NCBI GenBank assembly: GCA_040771865.1
Contig: JAXGZF010000004.1
Span: 289,916-353,915, forward strand
Length of the DNA stretch: 64,000 bases
Direction: 5' to 3'
Source of the DNA: Desulfobacterales bacterium
GTDB lineage: Bacteria > Desulfobacterota > Desulfobacteria > Desulfobacterales > UBA2245
A program made the position numbers and the translations under genes. Under the pieces are notes generated by a model. That model saw nothing but the letters and a program-made list of their open reading frames with translations. It did not search any database and had not been told where the DNA came from. The number at the start of each line of letters is the position of its first letter. Position 1 is the stretch's first letter. Shown here in pieces: positions 55,904 to 64,000 of the stretch.

Positions 55904-55917
55904 TTGACTTATGTCAA
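55904..55917. promoter_or_regulatory. Perfect FNR/CRP-family box TTGAC-TTAT-GTCAA
   Basis: Read directly from the sequence. It is centred in the divergent intergenic region between the Fe-S protein gene (start 55824) and the CRP/FNR regulator gene (start 55970). Confidence 0.6.
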
Positions 55918-55969
55918 GTGCGGGTGATAATTTTTGGCGATTTTGCGTATTTGAAACCGGAGAAGGATC

Positions 55970-56659
55970 ATGCCTGAAATCCTCAAAATGCTGAAACAGA
56001 GCCAGTTGTTCGGCGGTCTGGATGCATCCGGTCTTCGCTGCATTCGAGAGATAGCGACGGACCAGGATTTCAGCAAGGGCGGAATAATTTTTTCGGACGG
56101 CGAACCGGGCCGGGGATTCTATCTGGTTGCCGGAGGCCGGGTGAAGATTTACAAGATGTCGGCCGAGGGGAAGGAGCAGATTCTTCACGTTGTCGGGCCT
56201 GGCGAGGCGATCGGCGCGGTGGCGGTTTTTTCCGGGAAATCCTATCCGGCCAATGCCCAGGCGATTATAGATAGCCGCCTGCTGTTTTTCCCCAGATCCC
56301 GCTTTGTGGCGCTTCTGGCTGAAAACCCCGAGCTGACCATGAATCTTCTGGCAATCTTCGCAAAACGCCTTCGGGAATTCACACTGCAGATCGAAAGCCT
56401 TTCCTTGAAGGAAATTCCCGGACGCCTTGCATCCTATCTGCTGGATCAGTCCGAAAAACAGAAAACGCCGGACGCCGTTTGCCTGGAGGTTTCCAGATCT
56501 CAGCTGGCCGATATTCTCGGGGCGGCACCCGAGTCTCTGTCCAGAGCCTTTGCCGGCTTGACCCGATGGGGGCTCATCGATGCGAGGGGCGATCAGATCC
56601 AATTTCTGGACCCTTGCGGGCTTCAGGATCTTGCGGAATATGGAAAGGGGCCGAGGTAA
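55970..56659 (+). CDS. CRP/FNR family transcriptional regulator (HcpR-like)
   Basis: 229-aa ORF. The cNMP-binding-like beta-barrel has FSDGEPGRGFYLVAGGRVKIYK...GPGEAIG. The C-terminal HTH is SRSQLADILGAAPESLSRAFAGL. Confidence 0.8.
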   Translation: MPEILKMLKQSQLFGGLDASGLRCIREIATDQDFSKGGIIFSDGEPGRGFYLVAGGRVKIYKMSAEGKEQILHVVGPGEAIGAVAVFSGKSYPANAQAIIDSRLLFFPRSRFVALLAENPELTMNLLAIFAKRLREFTLQIESLSLKEIPGRLASYLLDQSEKQKTPDAVCLEVSRSQLADILGAAPESLSRAFAGLTRWGLIDARGDQIQFLDPCGLQDLAEYGKGPR

Positions 56660-56787
56660 TTTTTCAGTTTGATCATAAAATTTACACGCAAAGAAGTCTA
56701 TTCCAATTACGCAACAATTGCGGTATTAAAAATTTTTATTGGTGCGGGCTGTCGCCAAGCGCAAAGAATTTTCAAGGAGAGTGAATC

Positions 56788-57171
56788 ATGCTGGAACCTT
56801 TAACCAAAGCCGGTCCGGATGCGGTGCGCGTCGGGGTGCTGGAGGTCATTGATTATCAATATGCCGGACGCCGGGATATCGACATTACAATCTCTCAGCC
56901 CGAATTCACCTCGGTATGTCCGAAGACCGGGCTGCCGGATTTCGGAACTCTCATCATCCAGTATCGACCCAACGATAAAATCATCGAGCTCAAATCCTTG
57001 AAGTATTACCTGCTTCAGTACCGGAATGTCGGAATTTTTTATGAGCATGTGGTCAACCGGATTCTCGATGATCTTGTCTCCGTTGTTCACCCGAGATGGA
57101 TGAAACTCACCGGTGAATTTACCGCGCGGGGAGGCATTGCAACCCGGGTCGTAGCTGCATACGAGGAATAA
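56788..57171 (+). CDS. queF: NADPH-dependent 7-cyano-7-deazaguanine (preQ0) reductase, type I
   Basis: 127-aa ORF containing [21 protein letters not shown], which includes the catalytic Cys. The QueF motif ELKSLKYYL is also present. Confidence 0.9.
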   Translation: MLEPLTKAGPDAVRVGVLEVIDYQYAGRRDIDITISQPEFTSVCPKTGLPDFGTLIIQYRPNDKIIELKSLKYYLLQYRNVGIFYEHVVNRILDDLVSVVHPRWMKLTGEFTARGGIATRVVAAYEE

Positions 57172-57172
57172 T

Positions 57173-58099
57173 ATGAAAACCAACCGCCTGCGAGTCTTTT
57201 TTCAATTTGTCGTTCTTTTTATCATGGTCAGCGCCATCATCGGGTGCGGCGTGTTTTCCGGAATCAAGAAAACGACCGGCAGAATCGCCCGTGATATCAC
57301 CGGGTCCAACTCCGGATTAAAAAAGAAGGTGGCCATGGGGTGGGTTCAGGATGCCACAAGGTTTTCCGGAACGGACCTTGGAACTTATTTCGGCATGCGT
57401 CTGACCGAGAATGTGGGCAGGGCCTGTCCAGACATTCTGCTGGCCGGCGCCGGAGAATCGGAGGGTCTGAAGGTATTTTTTGCCAGGACTTCCAGCCGCC
57501 CGGAACCGGTCGAGCTGGCCGATGCCGGAAGAGCCATGGGCCTTAATGCCGTTTTGTCCGCCCGTATTCTCGAGATCGGTTCATTTATCAAGCCTGCGGG
57601 ATGGCTCTGGTTCAAAGGAAATGAAACCTGGTTGCGGATGATTTTTAATATCGAGGTTTATGATACGGAAACCGGCGCCAAGCTGATGGCCGAAAATCTG
57701 GTCCATGAAATGGAGCTTGAAGGCGAACAGTCTCAGCCTGTCGACGGAAAAAAGCCGGAGGCCGTGCCTTTTCTCAAATCGGCCATGGACGAGCCCCTGT
57801 CCGATCTGGCTGAAAAAATCTGCGACGCGCTTCACGCCGAACCATGGAAAGCTTATGTTGCCTCGGTTTCCGGAGATGCGGTCGTGCTGTCCGCGGGGAA
57901 GAATTCGGGTTTGATTCCGGGCGACGTCCTGGTCGTTTATCAAAGTCATAGGGTGATCACCGGTGTGGAAGGCCGGTATTATCTGCCCGGCGTCAAGATC
58001 GGCGAGATTCGAATCACCAGCGTGCATGCAAATCGGTCCGAAGCCCTCAGGGTGTCCGGCGAGGCGGGAGCTGTCGGAGATATGGTCAAAAAACGCTGA
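57173..58099 (+). CDS. Putative lipoprotein, function unknown
   Basis: 308-aa ORF with a signal peptide and lipobox (VSAIIGC). It starts 2 nt after the queF stop. I did not recognise a family. Confidence 0.55.
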   Translation: MKTNRLRVFFQFVVLFIMVSAIIGCGVFSGIKKTTGRIARDITGSNSGLKKKVAMGWVQDATRFSGTDLGTYFGMRLTENVGRACPDILLAGAGESEGLKVFFARTSSRPEPVELADAGRAMGLNAVLSARILEIGSFIKPAGWLWFKGNETWLRMIFNIEVYDTETGAKLMAENLVHEMELEGEQSQPVDGKKPEAVPFLKSAMDEPLSDLAEKICDALHAEPWKAYVASVSGDAVVLSAGKNSGLIPGDVLVVYQSHRVITGVEGRYYLPGVKIGEIRITSVHANRSEALRVSGEAGAVGDMVKKR

Positions 58100-58176
58100 A
58101 TTCTTTCCTCCGGCTCAGCAACAGGATTTGCATTTCCGGCAGGGGACTCGAGCAACGAGTTCCTGCCGGAATTTTT

Positions 58177-59178
58177 TTATAAGCGCTCCCGGCTGTTTTC
58201 CATTGATTCAAGCGTCTTCCGGTAGCAATCGATCAGTTCAATGGCCTGGTCCCTGGAGAAGATCCGGCTGATGGCCTGGCGGAACCGGCTGCTGCCGGGC
58301 AAGCCCTTGGCAAACCAGCTCAGACGGCTGCGCATCATCCGGCATGCACGGCTTTCCCCGAAATACTCCACCGACATGCCGAGAAAATCGATCATGGTTT
58401 GAAATCTCAATTCCATGTTTGCTTCAAATTCGGGTTCGGCATTGAGTTGTCGACGGATCTGCTCGAAAATCCATGGGTTGACGATGGCGCTTCGGCCGAT
58501 CATGACCCCGTCGCAGCCGGTCTGCTCCATCATGTCAACGGCGTCCCGGGCGCTTTGAACATCGCCGTTTCCGATGACCGGAATCCGCAGTCGGTTTTTC
58601 AAGGCGCCGATCAGCGGATGGAAGGCTTTCCCGGAAAACCCCTGAGTCGCGGTGCGCGGATGGATGGCAACCGCGTCCACGCCGCAGTCCTGAGCGATTT
58701 GGGCGATGCGGATCGCCTGATCTCCGGAGGGATTCCATCCGGTCCGGATTTTAATGGTCAGGGGAATGGAAACCGACTTGCGGACGGCTTTCATGATGGC
58801 TTCCGCCTTCTCAGGGATTTTCATCAGAGCGGCGCCGGCGCCGGATTTAAGAATTTTTCTGACGGAACAGCCGAAATTGATGTCCAGAATATCTGCGCCC
58901 GAGTCCTGAACCATGACGGCGGCCTCGGCCATGATGGCCGGATCGGCCCCGAAGATCTGGACGGACACAGGTTTTTCTTCGGGGCGGCTGATCAAAAGCG
59001 AACGGGTTTTTTCAGAGCCGTATACCAGGCCGTTTGAACTGATCATTTCAGAGCAGACCAGTCCGCAGCCGAATGTCCTGACCAGAAGCCGAAAGGGAAG
59101 ATCGGTAATTCCGGCCATCGGCGCCATGACTGTCGGCGGATTTACGATCAGGGGGCCGATTTTAAGCAAGGGTTCCAT
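58177..59178 (-). CDS. dusB: tRNA-dihydrouridine synthase
   Basis: MAPMAGITDLPFRLL, FGADP, DINFGC and the TIM-barrel blocks typical of Dus enzymes are present. The start is taken at ATG 59178 (MEPLLKIGPL...), with 59211 as an alternative. Confidence 0.85.
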   Translation of the reverse strand: MEPLLKIGPLIVNPPTVMAPMAGITDLPFRLLVRTFGCGLVCSEMISSNGLVYGSEKTRSLLISRPEEKPVSVQIFGADPAIMAEAAVMVQDSGADILDINFGCSVRKILKSGAGAALMKIPEKAEAIMKAVRKSVSIPLTIKIRTGWNPSGDQAIRIAQIAQDCGVDAVAIHPRTATQGFSGKAFHPLIGALKNRLRIPVIGNGDVQSARDAVDMMEQTGCDGVMIGRSAIVNPWIFEQIRRQLNAEPEFEANMELRFQTMIDFLGMSVEYFGESRACRMMRSRLSWFAKGLPGSSRFRQAISRIFSRDQAIELIDCYRKTLESMENSRERL

Positions 59179-60082
59179 CGCTTTGAAAATGTTCGTGATT
59201 TGCGCCGGCATTCATGGCCGGGCTGGCGTAACAGTACAGACAGCCGTGACGGCAGGGTTGATGACGGTAGGATCCGATATCTCTGGACCAGGTGCATTGG
59301 CAGCCAGCCGCAACGCGCTGTCCGGCGTCTTTTTTCAGGCAGGGCGAGCCCCCGAAAAGTTCCGCCAGCAATGACCCGGAAATGCAGGAGCTCGGGCCGG
59401 CATTGGCATTTCGTCCCAATTGCGCCAGCACCTGGGGTTCGCAGCATGCCTCCAGCGTCATTCCGCGGTCTTCTAAAATTTTTCCGAGTTTCGTCAGAAT
59501 CTCCATTTTGGTTTCAAGGGGCGGGTCAACCAGTTTTACTTCTGAATTCAGACGGTTTCTTTGGCGAATCTTGGGGTAATGGTCCATGAAGCTGGTGATG
59601 CAGCGTCTGACGCCCAAATGGGCAGCTGTATCGGCGATCTGCGTAAAATCATGCAGATTGTTCTTCGGTTCGTTGTCCCGGTTCCGGTAGAAACAGATCG
59701 GATCGAATCTCCAGGCAACGGTTGCCGGGTTGAAATGCCGGCAAATATATTCAAGCTGTTCAAGCCGCTGCTGCAGAGGCGGAATGCCGGGTTCCAGCAG
59801 CGGGGTCCGCGAATTGACGGTGAACTGAAAGTAGAGGCGATAGCCCTGGCGGGTCAGTTTTTCTCCGGCTTCGGATTGAACGAATGGGCCGAAATTCTTG
59901 GACCAGAATACGATGGAATGGACCTTGTCGGAAGTGGCCTGAATTCTGTAAATTCTGCCGTTGTACGGATTGGGCGTTTCAAAGAAACCCAGACGGATCC
60001 GTTCCATGAACCAGTCCATGTAGAAGGCGGGAATATCGGTCCGCCGGGAGGCTGAGATTACGATTTTTTTATAAGAGCTCAT
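59162..60082 (-). CDS. DUF1848-like protein with C-terminal CX3CX2C cysteine cluster
   Basis: 306-aa ORF. The N-terminus IVISASRRTDIPAFYMDWF matches my memory of DUF1848. The C-terminus is ...CQC...PCRHGCLYCYA. Confidence 0.55.
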   Translation of the reverse strand: MSSYKKIVISASRRTDIPAFYMDWFMERIRLGFFETPNPYNGRIYRIQATSDKVHSIVFWSKNFGPFVQSEAGEKLTRQGYRLYFQFTVNSRTPLLEPGIPPLQQRLEQLEYICRHFNPATVAWRFDPICFYRNRDNEPKNNLHDFTQIADTAAHLGVRRCITSFMDHYPKIRQRNRLNSEVKLVDPPLETKMEILTKLGKILEDRGMTLEACCEPQVLAQLGRNANAGPSSCISGSLLAELFGGSPCLKKDAGQRVAAGCQCTWSRDIGSYRHQPCRHGCLYCYASPAMNAGANHEHFQSDGTLA

Positions 60083-60091
60083 GGTGCGCTG

Positions 60092-60424
60092 CTACTGTTT
60101 TTTAAGATCCGCCAGAGAGATGATTTTTGCCTGCGGCTTTTTATTGGAATTTGTATCGGCATCGGCGCCGGAAATGCGCGGCTGAGGCGATTCGGGGCTT
60201 TCGACTTTTTCCAGGCGCATCTTTCGCCCGCCCATGGTGAATTCCTCGCCGTTGATATAGGTATCCTTCAGTATCCACGAGACGGTTTGCAGGGGAACCC
60301 GAAGCATCAGAAGTTTGACATGGTACCAGTTGGCTTTTTTATCCGCGGCAATATCCTCAATTCTTGCAAAAACCAAGGGCTTGCCTTCGAAGTAAATCAG
60401 TACGAGATCGTTGATCGTGGACAT
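60092..60424 (-). CDS. Hypothetical protein (110 aa)
   Basis: It is the first ORF of the minus-strand operon 60424->58177, 9 nt upstream of the DUF1848-like gene. I did not recognise a family. Confidence 0.4.
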   Translation of the reverse strand: MSTINDLVLIYFEGKPLVFARIEDIAADKKANWYHVKLLMLRVPLQTVSWILKDTYINGEEFTMGGRKMRLEKVESPESPQPRISGADADTNSNKKPQAKIISLADLKKQ

Positions 60425-60848
60425 GCGGACGGTGCGCTATGCCTTTCTTTTTGTTATATATCCGGAAAGCTACTATGACACAGGAGAAATTTTCTGTAAA
60501 GCGCTTCACACAGTTCGAGGACCCCGCAGAATATTTGTCACAGCAGAATAAACCTCTTGACAAAAAATTATGGGCCGATTTAACTGTTAAATAGTATTCA
60601 ATATTTAATGATCAAATAGATACATGCCTGAACGGAGCCGGTTGATTTGCCTTGATTTCAGCACTTCCGGCGCCTTCCGAAAAAGTTCCGCGTTTTGACC
60701 TGACAACATATTGCTCATCTGAGCTTCGTTCAGAGTTCGTTGAGGCAGTGGCTGCTCCATCCTGTCTGAAAGATAAATTTTCGGCGTATATCCCCGTCTC
60801 AAAGGGCGGGCGCGACAACATTGACGATGATAAAAGAAAGGAGGAGTT

Positions 60849-61382
60849 ATGATCAACAAGGAAATACTGTCAAAAATGAAAATCTTTTCAGGCGTTCAAA
60901 GCGAAAAACTTTTAGAAATCGCCTCAAACTGCAGCCTGATGGAGACAAAGGTCAATGATGTCATTTTCAGGCAGGGCGATGAGGCCAGGGATTTTTATGG
61001 TCTGATTGAAGGGGAGGTGGAACTGAGCCTGGTTTTCAAGGAAGAATTTCTCAGGCTGGATATTCGATACGAAGAATCCATTGTTGCCAAACGTGAAATC
61101 ATTGAAAAGCCGATCGTGGTGGAAACCATTCATCCGGGCGAGATATTCGGATGGTCTTCGGTTGTCACCGACGGAATATGGACCGCCGGTGCCCGTTGTT
61201 CCAGGGCAGGACGGATTTTTGCGGTTCCGGCCAAGATTTTTAAATCAATTCTGGATAAAGATCGCGTTCTCGGGTATGCGGTGATGCAAAACCTGAACGA
61301 GGTTGTCTCCAACCGCCTGCAGCATCGAACGGACAAGTTGATAGAGGCTTGGGGAGAGGCCTTTGGCTTGAACAAAATATAG
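60849..61382 (+). CDS. Stand-alone cyclic-nucleotide-binding domain protein
   Basis: 177-aa ORF with a strong RBS (AAAGGAGGAG). IFRQGDEARDFYGLIEGEVELS...GEIFGWSS fits the cNMP-binding beta-barrel pattern. No output domain is present. Confidence 0.72.
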   Translation: MINKEILSKMKIFSGVQSEKLLEIASNCSLMETKVNDVIFRQGDEARDFYGLIEGEVELSLVFKEEFLRLDIRYEESIVAKREIIEKPIVVETIHPGEIFGWSSVVTDGIWTAGARCSRAGRIFAVPAKIFKSILDKDRVLGYAVMQNLNEVVSNRLQHRTDKLIEAWGEAFGLNKI

Positions 61383-61502
61383 TCGCAAGGCCTGAACCAA
61401 CGCTTTACTCAATGCCGTAATCCGTCAGCCGCCGTCATGATGCATCGATTTCAGGGCCTCATATCCAACATAAATGGGGCCCTGTGTTTTAAGGAGAATT
61501 TT

Positions 61503-62234
61503 ATGTATGCAAATTCCACAGATCCCCTGGGAGATGCACTGAAAGGCTATATACAAGGAGACCTTTTGTCCAAGGTCGTGGTTTACCGGGATGACGGTCT
61601 TTCCGAGGACCTGATGATGAGCCGTTTTTTCCAGGAGCCCTCCAAGTTCACACTGGTGGAAAAAACAGCTCTGGGAAACTGCCGGGGTATGGTTCTGGAT
61701 ATCGGCGGCGGCGCGGGGCGTTACAGTCTGGCGTTGCAGAGCAGAGGCCTTCGTGTATGTGCCATCGACATCAGTCCGGTTGCCGTTGAAATTATGAAAC
61801 GCCGGGGCGTAAGGGATGTGCGGGTTGCCGATATTTTTAAATTTGAACCTGCCCAGGCTTTCGATACCCTGCTGATGATGATGCATGGAATCGGTATTGT
61901 GGAAAATCTGGCCGGGCTGGAGAATTTTTTAAAGCACGCGTCCACCTTGATCAAATTCGGCGGCCAGATTATACTGGATTCTATTGATGTCCGGTGTACC
62001 CGCAATGTCATGCATCATGCCTATCAGGAGGTCTGCCGCCGGCTCGGAAGATACTTTGGAGAAACCCGGCTCCAGTTCGAATACCTCGGCAGAAAAGGGC
62101 CCTCCTTCGGGTGGCTGCAGATTGATCCGAAAACTCTGGCCGATTATGCACACAGGGCCGGATGGGCAAGCGAGGTTCTGTACTGGGACGCCGGCGGCGA
62201 CTATCTGGCCAGACTGACCCGGCTGGAAGGCTGA
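61503..62234 (+). CDS. Class I SAM-dependent methyltransferase
   Basis: The start at 61503 follows AAGGAG. Motif I is VLDIGGGAGRYSLAL, post-I is VCAIDISP, and a LLMMMHG block is present. Confidence 0.75.
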   Translation: MYANSTDPLGDALKGYIQGDLLSKVVVYRDDGLSEDLMMSRFFQEPSKFTLVEKTALGNCRGMVLDIGGGAGRYSLALQSRGLRVCAIDISPVAVEIMKRRGVRDVRVADIFKFEPAQAFDTLLMMMHGIGIVENLAGLENFLKHASTLIKFGGQIILDSIDVRCTRNVMHHAYQEVCRRLGRYFGETRLQFEYLGRKGPSFGWLQIDPKTLADYAHRAGWASEVLYWDAGGDYLARLTRLEG

Positions 62235-62339
62235 GAAAGCCGGACTTCCTGAGACCATTGTTCGGCGAATCGATATGTGACGAGGGTTTTCTTTTCAGCC
62301 CGATGACTTGAAAGCCTGCCAGATGCCGGAAAGACTTGA

Positions 62340-63110
62340 ATGAAGATCGCCAGTTTCAATGCCAACGGAATTCGGGCAAGAATGCCGGTTATTTTACGGT
62401 GGCTTCAGGAACAGGTTCCGGATGTGCTGTGCATTCAGGAAACCAAGGTCCAGGATTTTCAGTTTCCGGTCCGGGCCTTTGAAGATGCCGGCTATTACGC
62501 GGTTTTCAGAGGCCAGAAATCCTACAACGGCGTGGCAATAATCAGTAAAAGCCGTCCGGCGTCTGCAAGCTTTGGCTTCCAGCCGGATGATGATGAGCAG
62601 GTTCGGCTGGCCCGCATCGACTTTGACCGTTACACCGTGGTCAACACCTATGTCCCGCAGGGGCAAAGCCCCGATTCCGAGAAATTCCAGTACAAGCTTG
62701 ACTGGCTGTCCCGACTTCGAAGTTATTTTGAGACCGGGTTCGGCGCATCGGATTTCCTGATATGGGCGGGCGATTTCAATATCGCTCCCCAGCCCATCGA
62801 TGTCTATGATCCAAAGGCGCTGGCAGGCAGCGTATGCTTTCATCCCCTGGAGCACCGGGCACTGGATGCAATTCGCGGACTCGGGTTTACGGATGTATAC
62901 CGCAGGCACAAACCCGATGATCCGGGCTTTTCATTCTGGGATTACCGCATTCCCCATGCCTTTAAGCGCAAGCTGGGGTGGCGGATCGATCATATCTGGG
63001 CCACGGCTTCCGCAGCGGATAAATCCCGCAGCGCCTGGATTGACCCGGAACCCAGAACATGGGAGAAACCTTCGGATCATACCTTTATTGTAGCGGTTTT
63101 TGATCTTTAA
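62340..63110 (+). CDS. xthA: Exodeoxyribonuclease III
   Basis: 256-aa ORF. MKIASFNANGIRAR...DVLCIQETK, AGDFNIAP and the C-terminal SDHTFIV are the AP endonuclease family 1 signatures. Confidence 0.92.
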   Translation: MKIASFNANGIRARMPVILRWLQEQVPDVLCIQETKVQDFQFPVRAFEDAGYYAVFRGQKSYNGVAIISKSRPASASFGFQPDDDEQVRLARIDFDRYTVVNTYVPQGQSPDSEKFQYKLDWLSRLRSYFETGFGASDFLIWAGDFNIAPQPIDVYDPKALAGSVCFHPLEHRALDAIRGLGFTDVYRRHKPDDPGFSFWDYRIPHAFKRKLGWRIDHIWATASAADKSRSAWIDPEPRTWEKPSDHTFIVAVFDL

Positions 63111-63141
63111 ACGGCTGTCATCAACTTTTTAGGAGCGGAAT

Positions 63142-64000
63142 ATGTCCCAGGATCTTCGAGCATTTTTTTACCCGAGGCATGTGGCGGTTATCGGCGCCTC
63201 GGAAAACCCCCGGAAAATCGGCCATGAGATTTTGAAAAACATTCAGGCCGGGGGATTTTCCGGAAATATTTATCCCATCAATCCAACGAGTTCTCAGATT
63301 CTTGGAATCCCCTGTTATTCCGGCATCGACAGAGTTCCGGGACCGGTGGATCTGGCCGTTGTGGTGATTCCGGCAAAATGGGTTCCCCAAGCGATTGCCG
63401 AATGCGGGAAAAAAGGGGTGGTGGCCGCGGTAATCATTACCGGCGGATTCAGCGAGGCTGGCGCTCAGGGAGAGGCGCTTCAGAAACAGACGGTCGAGGC
63501 CGCCAAACGTTACGGCGTCCGGCTGATCGGCCCCAATTGCCAGGGGCTCAACAATCCGCACGCGTCTCTTTGCGCCTCATGGCCTCTGCTGACCCTCAGG
63601 GGCAAGGTGGCGGTGATCAGCCAGAGCGGTACCGTGGGAGCGGCGATGATGGACTGGTTTTCCATTGAAGGCCTGGGAGTTTCCAGCTTCGTGAGCATGG
63701 GAAACCGTGCGGATGTGGATGAATCGGATCTGATTGCCTGGTTTCAGAATGATCCCGGCGCCGAGGTGATCGCCCTTTACCTGGAAGGAATCAAGGATGT
63801 GGGACGTTTTCAGCGCGCCGTGGCGAACATGACAAAGCCGCTGGTGGTCCTCAAATCGGGGCGAACCGCAGGCGGAAAGGTGGCCGCGGAATCGCACACA
63901 CGCTCTCTGGCCGGCGCCGATGCGGTCTACGATGCGCTTTTCAGGCAAAGCGGGATCTGCCGGGCGCAAACCATCGATGAATTCTACGATTTTTCAAAGG
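63142..64000 (+). CDS. ADP-forming acetyl/acyl-CoA synthetase family protein, N-terminal CoA-binding part (3' end outside window)
   Basis: ATG 63142 follows AGGAG and the frame stays open to the window end, so it is absent from the ORF track. The translation is MSQDLRAFFYPRHVAVIGASENPRKIGHEILKNI...AVVVIP...IGPNCQGL...VISQSGT...VSMGN. This is the typical succinyl-CoA-synthetase-like CoA-binding/ligase-CoA pattern. Confidence 0.8.
   Translation, partial: MSQDLRAFFYPRHVAVIGASENPRKIGHEILKNIQAGGFSGNIYPINPTSSQILGIPCYSGIDRVPGPVDLAVVVIPAKWVPQAIAECGKKGVVAAVIITGGFSEAGAQGEALQKQTVEAAKRYGVRLIGPNCQGLNNPHASLCASWPLLTLRGKVAVISQSGTVGAAMMDWFSIEGLGVSSFVSMGNRADVDESDLIAWFQNDPGAEVIALYLEGIKDVGRFQRAVANMTKPLVVLKSGRTAGGKVAAESHTRSLAGADAVYDALFRQSGICRAQTIDEFYDFSK

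Noticed and set aside
56660-56787. Possible preQ1 riboswitch upstream of queF.
   Set aside because: A small hairpin (CGCAA-CAA-TTGCG) exists. I could not find the conserved preQ1-I/II features (loop C, the 3' A-rich tail ending in CUA/AGG pairing). queF is also a biosynthetic gene that often lacks the riboswitch. The call is not supportable by eye.
60652-60852. 66-aa plus-strand ORF whose stop overlaps the ATG of the cNMP-binding gene. A possible structured leader was also considered in the 420-nt intergenic region 60425-60848.
   Set aside because: The ORF has a TTG start without an RBS. Two minus-strand ORFs of similar size overlap the same DNA, and no motif is present. I recognised no known RNA motif. 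It is kept as unexplained non-coding sequence.
1-64000. Scan for CRISPR arrays, tRNA or rRNA genes, transposases, integrases and phage genes.
   Set aside because: I saw no short regularly spaced repeats, no cloverleaf-like conserved tRNA boxes in intergenic regions and no recombinase-like ORFs. The only large repeats are the fdhAB duplication and the paralog pairs listed under features.

Overview
This is a chromosomal segment from a moderately GC-rich, Gram-negative anaerobe. Gene content suggests a sulfate-reducer-like Desulfobacterota (inference): Tat-exported FdhAB, tupABC plus modABC, an HcpR-type box, and a long glutamine-dependent NadE.

The flanks are ordinary housekeeping DNA.
- Left flank, 1-17 kb: nrdR-ribD-ribE-ribBA-ribH-nusB, an MBL hydrolase, an MltF-like transglycosylase, ispG, proS, rel, rpmB, bamD, trxB, trxA and nadE.
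- Right flank, 48-64 kb: pcm, a membrane spermidine-synthase-like protein, an Aas-like acyl ligase/ACP/acyltransferase fusion, ppiB, an Fe-S protein with an HcpR-like regulator, queF, dusB, xthA and an ADP-forming acyl-CoA synthetase.

The centre (about 17.2-48.2 kb) is a dense molybdenum/tungsten acquisition, storage and use island. In order it contains:
- a PadR regulator;
- a TonB-dependent receptor fused operonically to an ECF-type ABC module;
- a stand-alone HTH and a divergent TupA paralog;
- tupABC;
- a small conserved protein plus an orphan molybdenum-storage-protein (MosA/B-like) subunit;
- an XRE-PBP regulator;
- a DUF364-like putative chelation protein;
- modABC;
- an FmdE-MoCF fusion;
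- two sensor-less ModE-N-domain regulators;
- a tandemly duplicated periplasmic formate dehydrogenase locus. One alpha subunit has Cys at the active-site position and the other has an in-frame UGA (selenocysteine) there. fdhE lies between the copies, an fdhE 5' remnant marks the duplication junction, and a third degenerate fdhA N-terminal fragment is present.

I saw no rRNA, tRNA, CRISPR array, transposase or integrase. Many long ORFs in the track are antisense shadows of real genes. All family assignments come from reading motifs by eye; no searches were run.
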